This document shows positions 42,569 through 52,256 of a stretch of DNA of 64,000 nt, one piece after another. The notes below the pieces were generated by a model that worked only from the letters and a program-made list of their open reading frames with translations, did no database searches and was not told the DNA's origin. Source of the stretch: Bacteroidota bacterium. Lineage in GTDB: Bacteria; Bacteroidota; Bacteroidia; UKL13-3. Each line of letters begins with the position of its first letter. Positions within the stretch are counted from its first letter, which is position 1. The position numbers were made by a program, and so were the translations under genes. The stretch covers positions 2,019 to 66,018 of the forward strand of contig CANGPW010000002.1 in assembly GCA_947456185.1 (NCBI GenBank), read 5' to 3'.

Positions 42569-43498
42569 ATGAGATATAGCATCATTTTAGCTTTTACAAG
42601 TTTTGTTTTTTTTGCTTGTGGCAATGACAACGAACCCAAAAAAGCGGTAGAAGATAACAACGGAATTAGTGTAGCGGTAGATGAAAGTTTACGCCCTGTG
42701 ATTGAAGCCGAAGAAATGGTTTTTGAATCAATCAACGATCAAAAAAAAATAGATTTTATATACACTAATCCAACTGAAGCCATGCGCCTAATGCTTGCCG
42801 ACAGCTGTAAATTAGCCATTATTCCTCGCAGGGCCACTGCTGCTGAACAAACAGCAATAGACCAAGAACAATACAAGTTTTCGCAAATAAAAATCGCCAT
42901 TGATGCCTTGGCATTTATTGTAAATAAGGAAAATACTGATACCATTTTTACTGTCAATCAAATCAAACAATTAATGGATGGAACTGCTACCGATTGGAGT
43001 CAAATATTTAGTAAAAATAAACTCGGTAAACTGCAAGTAGTTTTCGATAATCCAGGTTCGGGTGCTACGCAATATTTTAAAGATTCGTTATTGAATGGAA
43101 AAGATTTAGCCAAACATTGTTTTGCGGTAAATACTAATCCGGAAGTGATAGACTATGTAGAAAAAAACAAAAATGCCATTGGAATTATAGGCCTAAATTG
43201 GATAAGTGATAAGGACGATAGCAAAATGAAAGGCTTTTTGAACAGAATAAAAGTGGTAGATATTATTCCAAGAAAAATTACTTATGAATCGTTAACCTAT
43301 AAACCCATTCAGGCCAATGTGGCCATTAGGCAATATCCTTTTTGTAGAGAAATATTTGTAATAGGCAGACAAGCAAGTTTAACTTTGGGTAATGATTTTA
43401 TCAATTACATTGTTGGCGACCAAGGTCAACGCATTATTTTAAAAGCAGGTTTGGTTCCGGCTAAAGCGCCCATTAGAATATTACAAATAACCAAATAG
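42569..43498 (+). CDS. PstS-family (PBP-like 2) substrate-binding lipoprotein
   Basis: Lipobox FFAC. VDESLRPVIEAEEMVFES and GSGATQYFKD patterns. Confidence 0.65.
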   Translation: MRYSIILAFTSFVFFACGNDNEPKKAVEDNNGISVAVDESLRPVIEAEEMVFESINDQKKIDFIYTNPTEAMRLMLADSCKLAIIPRRATAAEQTAIDQEQYKFSQIKIAIDALAFIVNKENTDTIFTVNQIKQLMDGTATDWSQIFSKNKLGKLQVVFDNPGSGATQYFKDSLLNGKDLAKHCFAVNTNPEVIDYVEKNKNAIGIIGLNWISDKDDSKMKGFLNRIKVVDIIPRKITYESLTYKPIQANVAIRQYPFCREIFVIGRQASLTLGNDFINYIVGDQGQRIILKAGLVPAKAPIRILQITK

Positions 43499-43651
43499 TG
43501 TCTACAAGAAACTTCCAATTTCTTCGTTATGCTTGTTATAAAAATGGTCATTTGCGAAAAGCAAACTCCCATTTTTCTACCTTCGCAAGCCTCGAACTTG
43601 AAACTTTCTAATCAGCCACTTTATTTTCGTTTAAAAATTAAAAAATATAAA

Positions 43652-45061
43652 ATGCAAACAGCATCTATTTATAAAACAGTTAATCAAACCGACATTCAGT
43701 TTTTTGAAAGTATAGTTGGCAAAAACTTTGTTTTAGTTCAAAGTGAAGACAAGCAAAATTACACCCACGATTATACTGAGGACCTCAGTTTTATGCCCGA
43801 TGTGGTCATCAAACCAAGTAATGAATTAGAAGTTTCCGCTATTTTAAAATATTGCAATGAGCAACATATCATTGTTACTCCCAGAGGTGCTGGAACTGGA
43901 TTAAGTGGTGGTGCATTAGCAGTTCATGGCGGGGTAATTATAACCATGGAACGATTCAATAAAATTATCAAAATTGATGAGAGAAATTTTCAAGCTACGG
44001 TTGAACCTGGAGTAATCAATGAAGCATTTCAACAAGCAGTTATTGAAAAAGGTTTGTTTTATCCGCCCGATCCTGCCAGCAAAGGAAGTTGTTTTTTGGG
44101 TGGAAACTTAGCGCATAGCAGTGGTGGTCCAAGGGCTTTAAAGTATGGCACTACACGCGATTATGTGTTAAATATTCAAGTGGTTTTGGCCAATGGTGAA
44201 ATTATTTGGACAGGTGCTAATACCTTAAAATATTCAACAGGATATAACCTTACACATTTAATGATTGGCAGCGAAGGAACATTGGGAATTATTACCAAAA
44301 TGGTTTTAAAATTAATTCCATATCCAACTCAAACATTACTGATGTTAGCACCATTTAACTCGCCCGAAAATGCTTGCGAAGCGGTAGGTGCCATATTTAG
44401 AGCAGGCTGCAATCCATCAGTTTGTGAGTTTGTAGAACCCGATGGATTCAAACTTTCGGCTGCTTTGATAAATATTAATTTTGAAATTCCAGCATCGGTT
44501 GGTGCCTATTTATTAATAGAAGTAGATGGCAATAACATGGATGTGATGATGCTAGAATGTGAGGCCATTAGCAATGTACTTTATGCGCATGAAAGTGAGG
44601 AAGTATTATTTGCTGAAAGCTCAGAACAGAAAGAATATTTTTGGAAATTACGCAGAAGTATTGGCGAAGCCACCAAACATAATAATACTTACAAAGAAGA
44701 AGATACCGTAGTTCCAAGAGCTGAATTACCCTTGTTATTTAAAGGAGTAAAGGAAATTGGTGAAAAATATAATTTCAGAACCATCTGTTACGGTCATGCA
44801 GGCGATGGTAACTTACATGTAAACATTTTAAAAGACGATTTGAGTGATGAATATTGGAACAACAATATTGATCCTGGCATTGTTGAAATATTTGAATTGT
44901 GTAAAAAACTAGGCGGAACCATTAGTGGCGAACATGGCATTGGCTATGTTCAAAAAAAGTTTATGCCCATTATGTTTTCCGAAAATCACCTGAACCTAAT
45001 GCGCCAAATCAAACTGGCCTTTGACCCAAATTTGATTTTAAATCCTGGTAAGATTTTTTAG
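43652..45061 (+). CDS. FAD-linked oxidase (GlcD / D-lactate dehydrogenase-like)
   Basis: PRGAGTGLSGGA FAD-binding motif and C-terminal GEHGIG...NPGKIF. Start taken at the ATG at 43652; the upstream part of the ORF is repeat-like sequence. Confidence 0.85.
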   Translation: MQTASIYKTVNQTDIQFFESIVGKNFVLVQSEDKQNYTHDYTEDLSFMPDVVIKPSNELEVSAILKYCNEQHIIVTPRGAGTGLSGGALAVHGGVIITMERFNKIIKIDERNFQATVEPGVINEAFQQAVIEKGLFYPPDPASKGSCFLGGNLAHSSGGPRALKYGTTRDYVLNIQVVLANGEIIWTGANTLKYSTGYNLTHLMIGSEGTLGIITKMVLKLIPYPTQTLLMLAPFNSPENACEAVGAIFRAGCNPSVCEFVEPDGFKLSAALININFEIPASVGAYLLIEVDGNNMDVMMLECEAISNVLYAHESEEVLFAESSEQKEYFWKLRRSIGEATKHNNTYKEEDTVVPRAELPLLFKGVKEIGEKYNFRTICYGHAGDGNLHVNILKDDLSDEYWNNNIDPGIVEIFELCKKLGGTISGEHGIGYVQKKFMPIMFSENHLNLMRQIKLAFDPNLILNPGKIF

Positions 45062-45137
45062 AATTTTAAACTGGCTGCTAGCGGCTATCAAATTAGTTAA
45101 AAAAAATGCTTCTATAAAGACAGCCTCAATAGGTAAT

Positions 45138-45206
45138 GTCACATTGAGCGGAGTCGAAATGTTTTTTAAACGAGTGTATTAATTTCTCGACTCCGCTCCA
45201 AATGAC
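45138..45206. repeat. related palindromic element (gtcacattgagcggagtcgaaatg ... atttctcgactccgctccaaatgac)
   Basis: Two arms of the same gtcat/gagc/gtcga word family separated by 20 nt, downstream of the FAD oxidase gene. Confidence 0.7.
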
Positions 45207-45287
45207 TTCCATTTTAAAACTTTTGAGACAGCCTTTTTTTATTTAATATTCGAATTCCGAATTTATTTTTTCGAATTTATTAATTGA

Positions 45288-46280
45288 CTAATCCTCATTA
45301 ATCATGTTCCAAAGTTTATCTTTTAGTTCATCAATATGAAAGTTTGAAGCAGAACTAATAAATATACTTGGCACTTTTGGCAACGATTTTTTGATTGCTT
45401 TTAATTCTTCAGGACTTACCAAATCGCATTTGGTAATAGCTAACAAACGTTTTTTATCAATTAACTCTTTGTTATATTGCTTCAGCTCGTTGAGCAATAT
45501 TTTATATTCACCTTTAATGTCTTCGCTGGTAGCAGGAACCATAAAAAGCAAAGTTGCATTTCGTTCAATATGGCGAAGGAAACGAGTTCCTAAACCTTTG
45601 CCTTCATGCGCTCCTTCAATAATTCCAGGTATATCGGCTACCACAAAACTTTGGTATTCGCGGTGTTTTACTATTCCTAAATTAGGAACTAAAGTTGTAA
45701 AAGGATAATCAGCAATTTCGGGTTTTGCAGCAGTAATCACTGAAAGTAAAGTAGATTTACCAGCATTTGGAAATCCAACTAAACCAATATCTGCCAATAC
45801 TTTTAACTCTAAAACTTTCCATTCTTCTTTTCCGTCTTCGCCAGGTTGGGCGTATCTTGGATTTTGGTTCACCGAGTTTTTAAAATGATGATTTCCCAAT
45901 CCACCTCTTCCACCTTTTAAAATAACAAATTCTTGTCCAGCTTCAGTAATTTCAGCTAAAACTTCATTAGTTTCAACATCTTTAGCTACTGTTCCAAGTG
46001 GCACTTCTATGTATTCATCTTTTCCCTGTGAGCCGCTTCTTAATCCAGCATCACCGTTTCCACCAGGTTCAGCAATTACGTGCTTACGGTATTTTAAATG
46101 AATTAATGTCCATGCATTGGTGCTTCCCCTTAGAATAATATTTCCTCCACGTCCACCATCACCACCATCAGGTCCACCTTTTGCTGTATGTTTATCACGC
46201 ATAAAATGCATTGCTCCCTTCCCCCCTTTGCCACTTCGGCAACATATTTTTACGTAATCTACAAAATTTGAATCTGACAT
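45288..46280 (-). CDS. obg: GTPase Obg/CgtA
   Basis: FVDYVKI, glycine-rich Obg fold (DGGDGGRGG), G1 [17 protein letters not shown]. Confidence 0.95.
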   Translation of the reverse strand: MSDSNFVDYVKICCRSGKGGKGAMHFMRDKHTAKGGPDGGDGGRGGNIILRGSTNAWTLIHLKYRKHVIAEPGGNGDAGLRSGSQGKDEYIEVPLGTVAKDVETNEVLAEITEAGQEFVILKGGRGGLGNHHFKNSVNQNPRYAQPGEDGKEEWKVLELKVLADIGLVGFPNAGKSTLLSVITAAKPEIADYPFTTLVPNLGIVKHREYQSFVVADIPGIIEGAHEGKGLGTRFLRHIERNATLLFMVPATSEDIKGEYKILLNELKQYNKELIDKKRLLAITKCDLVSPEELKAIKKSLPKVPSIFISSASNFHIDELKDKLWNMINED

Positions 46281-46377
46281 GTTTTAATTATTGAAAAGTT
46301 ATTGAATTACAAAAATTACAAAGTTGTTTGTTTTTTTGTATAGGTTGTTTTTATTTTTCGAATTTAAAAATTCGAAT

Positions 46378-46956
46378 TTATTTAGTTGATAAAGCAATTT
46401 CATTGCATAATAATGCAAAAATCTCTTCTATTTCTCCTAATCCATTAATACCTCTATACTTATTTTGCGCAGCATAAAAATCCTTAACGGGCATGGTTTT
46501 ATTATTGTATTCGTCAATTCTATTTTGAATAATTTCGGGATTTTGATCATCTACTCTGCCGCTTTCTTTTCCTCTTAGAAGTAAACGTTTTTTCAATTCT
46601 TCTTCTTCTACTTCTAACGCTAACATAGAAGTTATAGCGGTATTTTTGCTTTGCAATAAATTATCTAAAGCAGCAGCTTGCGCTTGTGTACGAGGAAAAC
46701 CGTCAAAAATAAAACCTTTTGCATCAGGTGATTTATCTAATTCAGATGCTAACATATTAATAGTTACTTCATCAGGAACTAGTTTGCCTTCATTCATAAA
46801 GCTTTGAGCTAATTTACCCAATTCAGTTTCGCCTTTAATATTTGCTCTAAATATATCGCCAGTCGATAAGTGAACTAAATGATATTTAGCAATTAATTTC
46901 TCAGATTGTGTTCCTTTTCCTGCACCCGGAGGGCCAAATAATACAATATTTAACAT
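46378..46956 (-). CDS. adk: adenylate kinase (short-lid type)
   Basis: MLNIVLFGPPGAGKGTQ from the ATG at 46956, then GFIFDGFPRT. The 11 upstream codons of the ORF are probably not translated. Confidence 0.93.
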   Translation of the reverse strand: MLNIVLFGPPGAGKGTQSEKLIAKYHLVHLSTGDIFRANIKGETELGKLAQSFMNEGKLVPDEVTINMLASELDKSPDAKGFIFDGFPRTQAQAAALDNLLQSKNTAITSMLALEVEEEELKKRLLLRGKESGRVDDQNPEIIQNRIDEYNNKTMPVKDFYAAQNKYRGINGLGEIEEIFALLCNEIALSTK

Positions 46957-47043
46957 AGTAGTTTTTAAATAATTATGGGCGAATTTCAATAAAAGTAAGC
47001 AATGAAACCAATTATATTTATTTTTGATGATAAAAATTTCTAA

Positions 47044-47469
47044 ATGTCAGTGTTCAAAAATTACCAAATAGCCAATGTATCAGCAGTTTCAGCTAAAATA
47101 ATTGATTTGGCAAAAGATTATAAAATATGGACTTTTAAGGGTGAAATGGGTGCTGGAAAAACCACTTTGATAAAATCTATCTGTAAAACCTTGGGTGTAA
47201 TTGACGAAGTTAGCAGTCCTACTTTTTCATTGGTGAATGAATATATAACCCAAAATGGTAAAACTGTTTATCATTTTGACTTTTACAGAATAAAATCAAT
47301 CAACGAAGCATACGACATGGGAATTGAAGAATATTTTGAAAGCGGAAATATTTGTTTAATAGAATGGCCCAATATGGTTGATGAAATTCTATTGAATGAA
47401 AAAACATTCGATTTGTTTATTTCAATAAATGATAATAAAAGAAGTATTCAAATCAAAGAAAAGAATTAG
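47044..47469 (+). CDS. tsaE: tRNA t6A37 biosynthesis ATPase TsaE (YjeE)
   Basis: 141 aa. P-loop GEMGAGKTT, SPTFSLVNEY, HFDFYR. Confidence 0.9.
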   Translation: MSVFKNYQIANVSAVSAKIIDLAKDYKIWTFKGEMGAGKTTLIKSICKTLGVIDEVSSPTFSLVNEYITQNGKTVYHFDFYRIKSINEAYDMGIEEYFESGNICLIEWPNMVDEILLNEKTFDLFISINDNKRSIQIKEKN

Positions 47470-47955
47470 TTAAGGCGTGTGGCTTAATATATTTTCAGCT
47501 TTTACTATTCTGAAAATTTTCCATGTTTCAATTGATATGTTAAACACAGCAAATGCGCTTGGTTTAAATTCAATGATTTCATTTCCACTCATCATAGCAA
47601 CCATCGCAGCAATGGTAGGATTATGCCCAACAATAATAACAGTTTTTACTTTTTCATCATTCAAACTTCTTAACACATGAATGTAAGCATCAGCATTTGC
47701 TTCATAAATTTCATTGATAGACTGAATTTTATTTTTATCAATGTCAAAATTTTCAGCAATAATTTTGGCTGTTTTTAAAGTTCTTTTAGCCGAACTTGTA
47801 ACAATTAAATCAATCTTTTTGATTTTTTTTATGAGTATTTTTGCTGCAATATCAGCATCAGACTTACCCCTATCAGTTAGCTTTCTTTCAAAATCAGAAA
47901 TTTCGAAATTACCTTGTTCAGCTTTTGCATGGCGCATTAAAATAATTGTTTTCAT
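47470..47955 (-). CDS. sixA: SixA-type phosphohistidine phosphatase (histidine phosphatase superfamily)
   Basis: MKTIILMRHAKAE (RHA catalytic motif) from the ATG at 47955, then VGHNP. Confidence 0.8.
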   Translation of the reverse strand: MKTIILMRHAKAEQGNFEISDFERKLTDRGKSDADIAAKILIKKIKKIDLIVTSSAKRTLKTAKIIAENFDIDKNKIQSINEIYEANADAYIHVLRSLNDEKVKTVIIVGHNPTIAAMVAMMSGNEIIEFKPSAFAVFNISIETWKIFRIVKAENILSHTP

Positions 47956-47968
47956 ATTTGATAGCAAT

Positions 47969-48478
47969 TTAATTGTCAATTATTTCTTCAGCAACATTAC
48001 TATCACTTATCAGGTTTTCATTTCTTGATTTTCTATTTTTGTGTTTCTTTTTTTTTATTAATCCAGTACTTTTTTCATCACCTGCTTTAACAAAACCTTT
48101 TGAAATTAAAATTACCCACGCTGAAACAAATAAAACTCCTCCAATTGGTGTTAACGCTCCTAACCATGTATAACTTTCATCTCCCCAAATAGTGCGAGTA
48201 GCCAATAAATAAAGACTTCCAGTAAAAAAAATAATTCCACTTAAAAACAAAAACATGGTTAAATCTAATATGTTCTGATGAAATTTTCTGTTTGATAATG
48301 AAATAAAGGAGATTGCCATAGCATGGTAAAACATATATTTTGTTCCAGTATCAAAAGTAACAATATCAGCAGGCTCAATCATTTCTTTTAAAATATGACT
48401 GGCAAATGCGCCCATAAAAACACAAAAAGCTGCAATACCAAAACCGGTTTTAACATATATGTTGTTGTTCTTATTCAT
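47969..48478 (-). CDS. DUF423-family membrane protein with a basic C-terminal tail
   Basis: Four TM helices typical of DUF423, plus about 40 extra residues (KKKKHKNRKSRNEN...). Confidence 0.7.
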   Translation of the reverse strand: MNKNNNIYVKTGFGIAAFCVFMGAFASHILKEMIEPADIVTFDTGTKYMFYHAMAISFISLSNRKFHQNILDLTMFLFLSGIIFFTGSLYLLATRTIWGDESYTWLGALTPIGGVLFVSAWVILISKGFVKAGDEKSTGLIKKKKHKNRKSRNENLISDSNVAEEIIDN

Positions 48479-48561
48479 TATGGTTATTATTAATTAAATA
48501 TGTGAACAAATAACATCAATAATATTTTAAATACAAATTATTTTTGTTCAATTAAATATTT

Positions 48562-51279
48562 ATGAACAGAAATTTCCTAACAGGTATTATTGTAACAGCT
48601 ATTTTAACCACGGTTTTTTTAGTGGTATTTTATTTTTCAGAAATTAACACAAAGTCAATTCATGCTATCAATGTATTGCCCAAAAATACAGTATTAGCCA
48701 TAGAAATCAATAATATTAATCATCAATTCAAACAATTAAATCAACAACTTTTTTGGCAACAATTAACTAATAACAAAAGCATTGGTGATGCTAATAATAA
48801 CTTATTATATCTTGATAGTATACTTAATTTTGAAAGTAATTTAAAAGACTGGAAAGAAAATGAAAATATGGTTATTTCGTTCCATGCATTTGCCAATAAA
48901 TCGATAGATGAATTGGTTTTAATTGAAACCAAGAAAAAAATTGAAATTACAGAAATTAGTAAATGGATTTATGAATCAAATAAAAGCAGTTTAATGTTAA
49001 GTAAACGCAAATTTGAAAATAATTTGATTTATGATTTTATAGATTTTAAAACTCAAAAGAAATTTAGTATAGCTTATAAAAATAAAATTTTTGCTATATC
49101 AACTAATGGCCAATTAATAGAGGAAACGTTAGACAATATAGGAAATGAAAACGTATATAAAATTTCTTCTTTAGATAAATTAAGTTTCGTAAAAAGTTTG
49201 GGTAACTATAACTTGTTTGTAAATTATAAAAACATTCCGCTTTTTTTAAATTCATTCCTTGATTTATCAAAAATGAAAGCGCTTGAAAAAATTTCAAACA
49301 TGGCTAATTGGTCTGCCTTTGGAGTGAATACAACCAATAATAGTATTCAACTAAAAGGAGTAAGTATTACCGATGAAGTTAAATTTCAGTTCTTTGATTG
49401 TTTTAACAATATGACTGCTCAAGAGCAAACATTTAAGAAATTACTTCCTATTAATACCAGCTATTTCTTAGGAATTAACTATAGTAATGAAAAAATATTT
49501 TCTCAAAACTTAAAAGAATTTTATACAGTAAATAAAATTGATACAAGAAATAATATTAGAGACAGTATCAATAAAGTTAAAGAAAATTTAAATTTATATA
49601 CGCAAATCATTGAAAATTTTGGCAATGAAATAGCACAAGTAAATATAAGCAACCCACAATTAAGTTTTGATAGCTGTGAGGTGCTAGTAATAAAATTAAA
49701 AAATAAAAGTAATTTAATCAATCAACTAAAAGCTATAACAATAATTGATAGCGTTAAGGTTGATAGTTTTATATTAAAAACACCTGATTTATATAAAATT
49801 AATCTGCAAAATTATTTTGATTATACATGGGGAAATATTTTCTTGGGAATTCAGGCTAATTATGCTTTGGTATATAATGACTACCTTCTTCTATGTAATA
49901 ACAGTATTACCTTAAATAACTTTTATAACCAACAAGTCAATGAATTTTTATTGTCGAAAAACATTGATTATATAAATCATGAATTGGAGCTAAAAGGCAA
50001 TTCAAATATGGAGCTATTTATTAATAATAATAATTTAGCACAACAAGGTGAGCAATTAATAAATTCAGAACTTTTAGAATCGTATCAATCAAATATAGGT
50101 TATGTAAAAAAAACAAGGTTTATAAGTATGCAAATGAGTGCTACTAATAACAAAAATTACTTAACCAATGTTCAAATAAGTTTCAACATAAATGCTAATA
50201 ATAATACAGAATTATTATGGGTGTTAAGTCTTGACACAACATTAAACATGAAACCTCAAATTGTATTTAATTCAAGTACCAATCAAAATGCAATACTGGT
50301 TCAAGACATAAAGCATCAAGTTTATTTAATCAATAATGAAAGCAAAATTCTATTTAAAATTCCTGTATTTGGTAAAATTATTGGAAATATAAACCAAGTA
50401 GATGCTTTTAATAATGGTAAAACACAATATTTATTTAACACCAATTCTCAAATTTATTTATTAGATGAAACAGGTAAAAATTTACAAGGATACCCTATTT
50501 GGATTCCTACAGGAACAGAATTCCCTATTCAAGTATCAGATTATTTAAACGATAAAAGTTATCAAATTTTTGCCATTGGCAAATTATATAAAATATGGTG
50601 TTATAATATTCATGCTAGGTTACAAAATGGTTGGAATCCAAAAAATTATTATCCAAATCCTATTCAAAACATACAATCATTTAATTTTAGAAATGAATTG
50701 ATAAACTATTCAATTAATCAAAAAGGTAAGCTTAATTTTTATCAAACAAATGGAAAATCATATTCAAATTTTAGTTTTGATAGCAATATGGTTTACAAGT
50801 ATATGAGACATGAAATTTTGGATACTAACAGCATACGTTTTTATTATATAGATTCAACTAATCAGTTTAAAGTAAAGGAATTCAATACTCAATTACCTAT
50901 TAAAGATAATATAATCAATAATATCAAATCCATTCCTGTTCAAAGTATCTTGTTAAATAATTCATTGTATTTCATAACTAAAAATGGTCAAAATACATCC
51001 GTGTTTAACAATATCGGATCATTATTCTTTTCAAATAATTTTACAGATACATTCAATAATCAATTTGATTTGATTTATAAAAATGGGATTATCTATTTAT
51101 CATATTTGGATAGTTTACAGGGTATGCTTTATTTGCAAAACAAAGAAAATAAACCCATTGATAAATTCCCTTTAAAAGCTAATTATTACTATACTTTTGG
51201 TCAATTAATGAACGATGAAAACTATTTTGTTATTACCGGTAATTTCGACAACAAATTATTTGTTTATCAAGTGAAATAA
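48562..51279 (+). CDS. large N-terminally anchored hypothetical protein
   Basis: 905-aa uninterrupted ORF with one N-terminal TM helix, Asn/Ile/Lys-rich. No family recognised. Confidence 0.55.
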   Translation: MNRNFLTGIIVTAILTTVFLVVFYFSEINTKSIHAINVLPKNTVLAIEINNINHQFKQLNQQLFWQQLTNNKSIGDANNNLLYLDSILNFESNLKDWKENENMVISFHAFANKSIDELVLIETKKKIEITEISKWIYESNKSSLMLSKRKFENNLIYDFIDFKTQKKFSIAYKNKIFAISTNGQLIEETLDNIGNENVYKISSLDKLSFVKSLGNYNLFVNYKNIPLFLNSFLDLSKMKALEKISNMANWSAFGVNTTNNSIQLKGVSITDEVKFQFFDCFNNMTAQEQTFKKLLPINTSYFLGINYSNEKIFSQNLKEFYTVNKIDTRNNIRDSINKVKENLNLYTQIIENFGNEIAQVNISNPQLSFDSCEVLVIKLKNKSNLINQLKAITIIDSVKVDSFILKTPDLYKINLQNYFDYTWGNIFLGIQANYALVYNDYLLLCNNSITLNNFYNQQVNEFLLSKNIDYINHELELKGNSNMELFINNNNLAQQGEQLINSELLESYQSNIGYVKKTRFISMQMSATNNKNYLTNVQISFNINANNNTELLWVLSLDTTLNMKPQIVFNSSTNQNAILVQDIKHQVYLINNESKILFKIPVFGKIIGNINQVDAFNNGKTQYLFNTNSQIYLLDETGKNLQGYPIWIPTGTEFPIQVSDYLNDKSYQIFAIGKLYKIWCYNIHARLQNGWNPKNYYPNPIQNIQSFNFRNELINYSINQKGKLNFYQTNGKSYSNFSFDSNMVYKYMRHEILDTNSIRFYYIDSTNQFKVKEFNTQLPIKDNIINNIKSIPVQSILLNNSLYFITKNGQNTSVFNNIGSLFFSNNFTDTFNNQFDLIYKNGIIYLSYLDSLQGMLYLQNKENKPIDKFPLKANYYYTFGQLMNDENYFVITGNFDNKLFVYQVK

Positions 51280-51281
51280 AA

Positions 51282-52256
51282 ATGTTTAAATCAAAAATAT
51301 TTGTAATTATTCAATACCTATTATTCATCATTGCTAGTGCATGGTTGATAAAATATTGCTTCAATAAAATAGATATCAATTCTTTTTACAATATCCTTAT
51401 TAAAGGTAATTATTGGATGGCATTTTGGGTTTTTTTATTTTCAATACTAGTATACATTTCACGTATTTTACGCTGGCAAATCATATTAAATAAAGTTGAT
51501 GAAAAAATAGGTTTCATGAATAACTTTTCAGCTGTAGCTTTGGGTTATATGGTTAGTTTTATATTTCCAAGAGGCGGTGAATTGGTAAAATGTGCTGTAT
51601 TAAAAAAAACAAATGGTTTATCGCTTCATAAAAGTATCTCAAGTATATTTTTTGAACGATTGGTCGATATATTTTGTCTATTCATTTTAATAGTTTCTTT
51701 AATTTTTGGGGAATCAATTTCAAAAAAATATCTGATGTTAAGTTGGATAAATCCTGAAAAGTTTTTACAAGGAAATAATATTTGGATTTTAATTGCTTTT
51801 GGAATTATTGGAATTTTAGTTTTGGCTTATTTTTATAATAAATTCAAGCATAAAAATAATTGGTTAATTACATTTCTAAACAACATAAAATTATTGCTTG
51901 TATTGTTATCCAACTTAAGATTTTTAGCACATACTATATTTATTTGGGTAAGTTATTTCCTAATGACTTATTTATGGTTTTTTGTCTTTAAACAAACGGC
52001 TAATTTGAGCTTTTTTCAAACTTTTCAAATTATGATGGTTGGAACTATTGCACGATCACTTCCATTACCTGGTGGTGCTGTTGGTGCATATCATCTAGCA
52101 GTAGCTTTTGCATTAACCACCATGAATATTGACAAAGAAACTGCTTTAGGTCTGGCATTTATTATACATGGCTTCCAAACTATTTTTACAATTTTTGCAG
52201 GAATTATTGCAATTATTTGGCTATTTGTGTTCGATAAATCTTATCGCATTAAGTAA
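51282..52256 (+). CDS. UPF0104 / lysylphosphatidylglycerol-synthase-TM-region-like (flippase-like) membrane protein
   Basis: 324 aa, about 8 TM helices. RILRWQI and PLPGGAVGAYH motifs. Start is 3 nt after the preceding gene. Confidence 0.65.
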   Translation: MFKSKIFVIIQYLLFIIASAWLIKYCFNKIDINSFYNILIKGNYWMAFWVFLFSILVYISRILRWQIILNKVDEKIGFMNNFSAVALGYMVSFIFPRGGELVKCAVLKKTNGLSLHKSISSIFFERLVDIFCLFILIVSLIFGESISKKYLMLSWINPEKFLQGNNIWILIAFGIIGILVLAYFYNKFKHKNNWLITFLNNIKLLLVLLSNLRFLAHTIFIWVSYFLMTYLWFFVFKQTANLSFFQTFQIMMVGTIARSLPLPGGAVGAYHLAVAFALTTMNIDKETALGLAFIIHGFQTIFTIFAGIIAIIWLFVFDKSYRIK

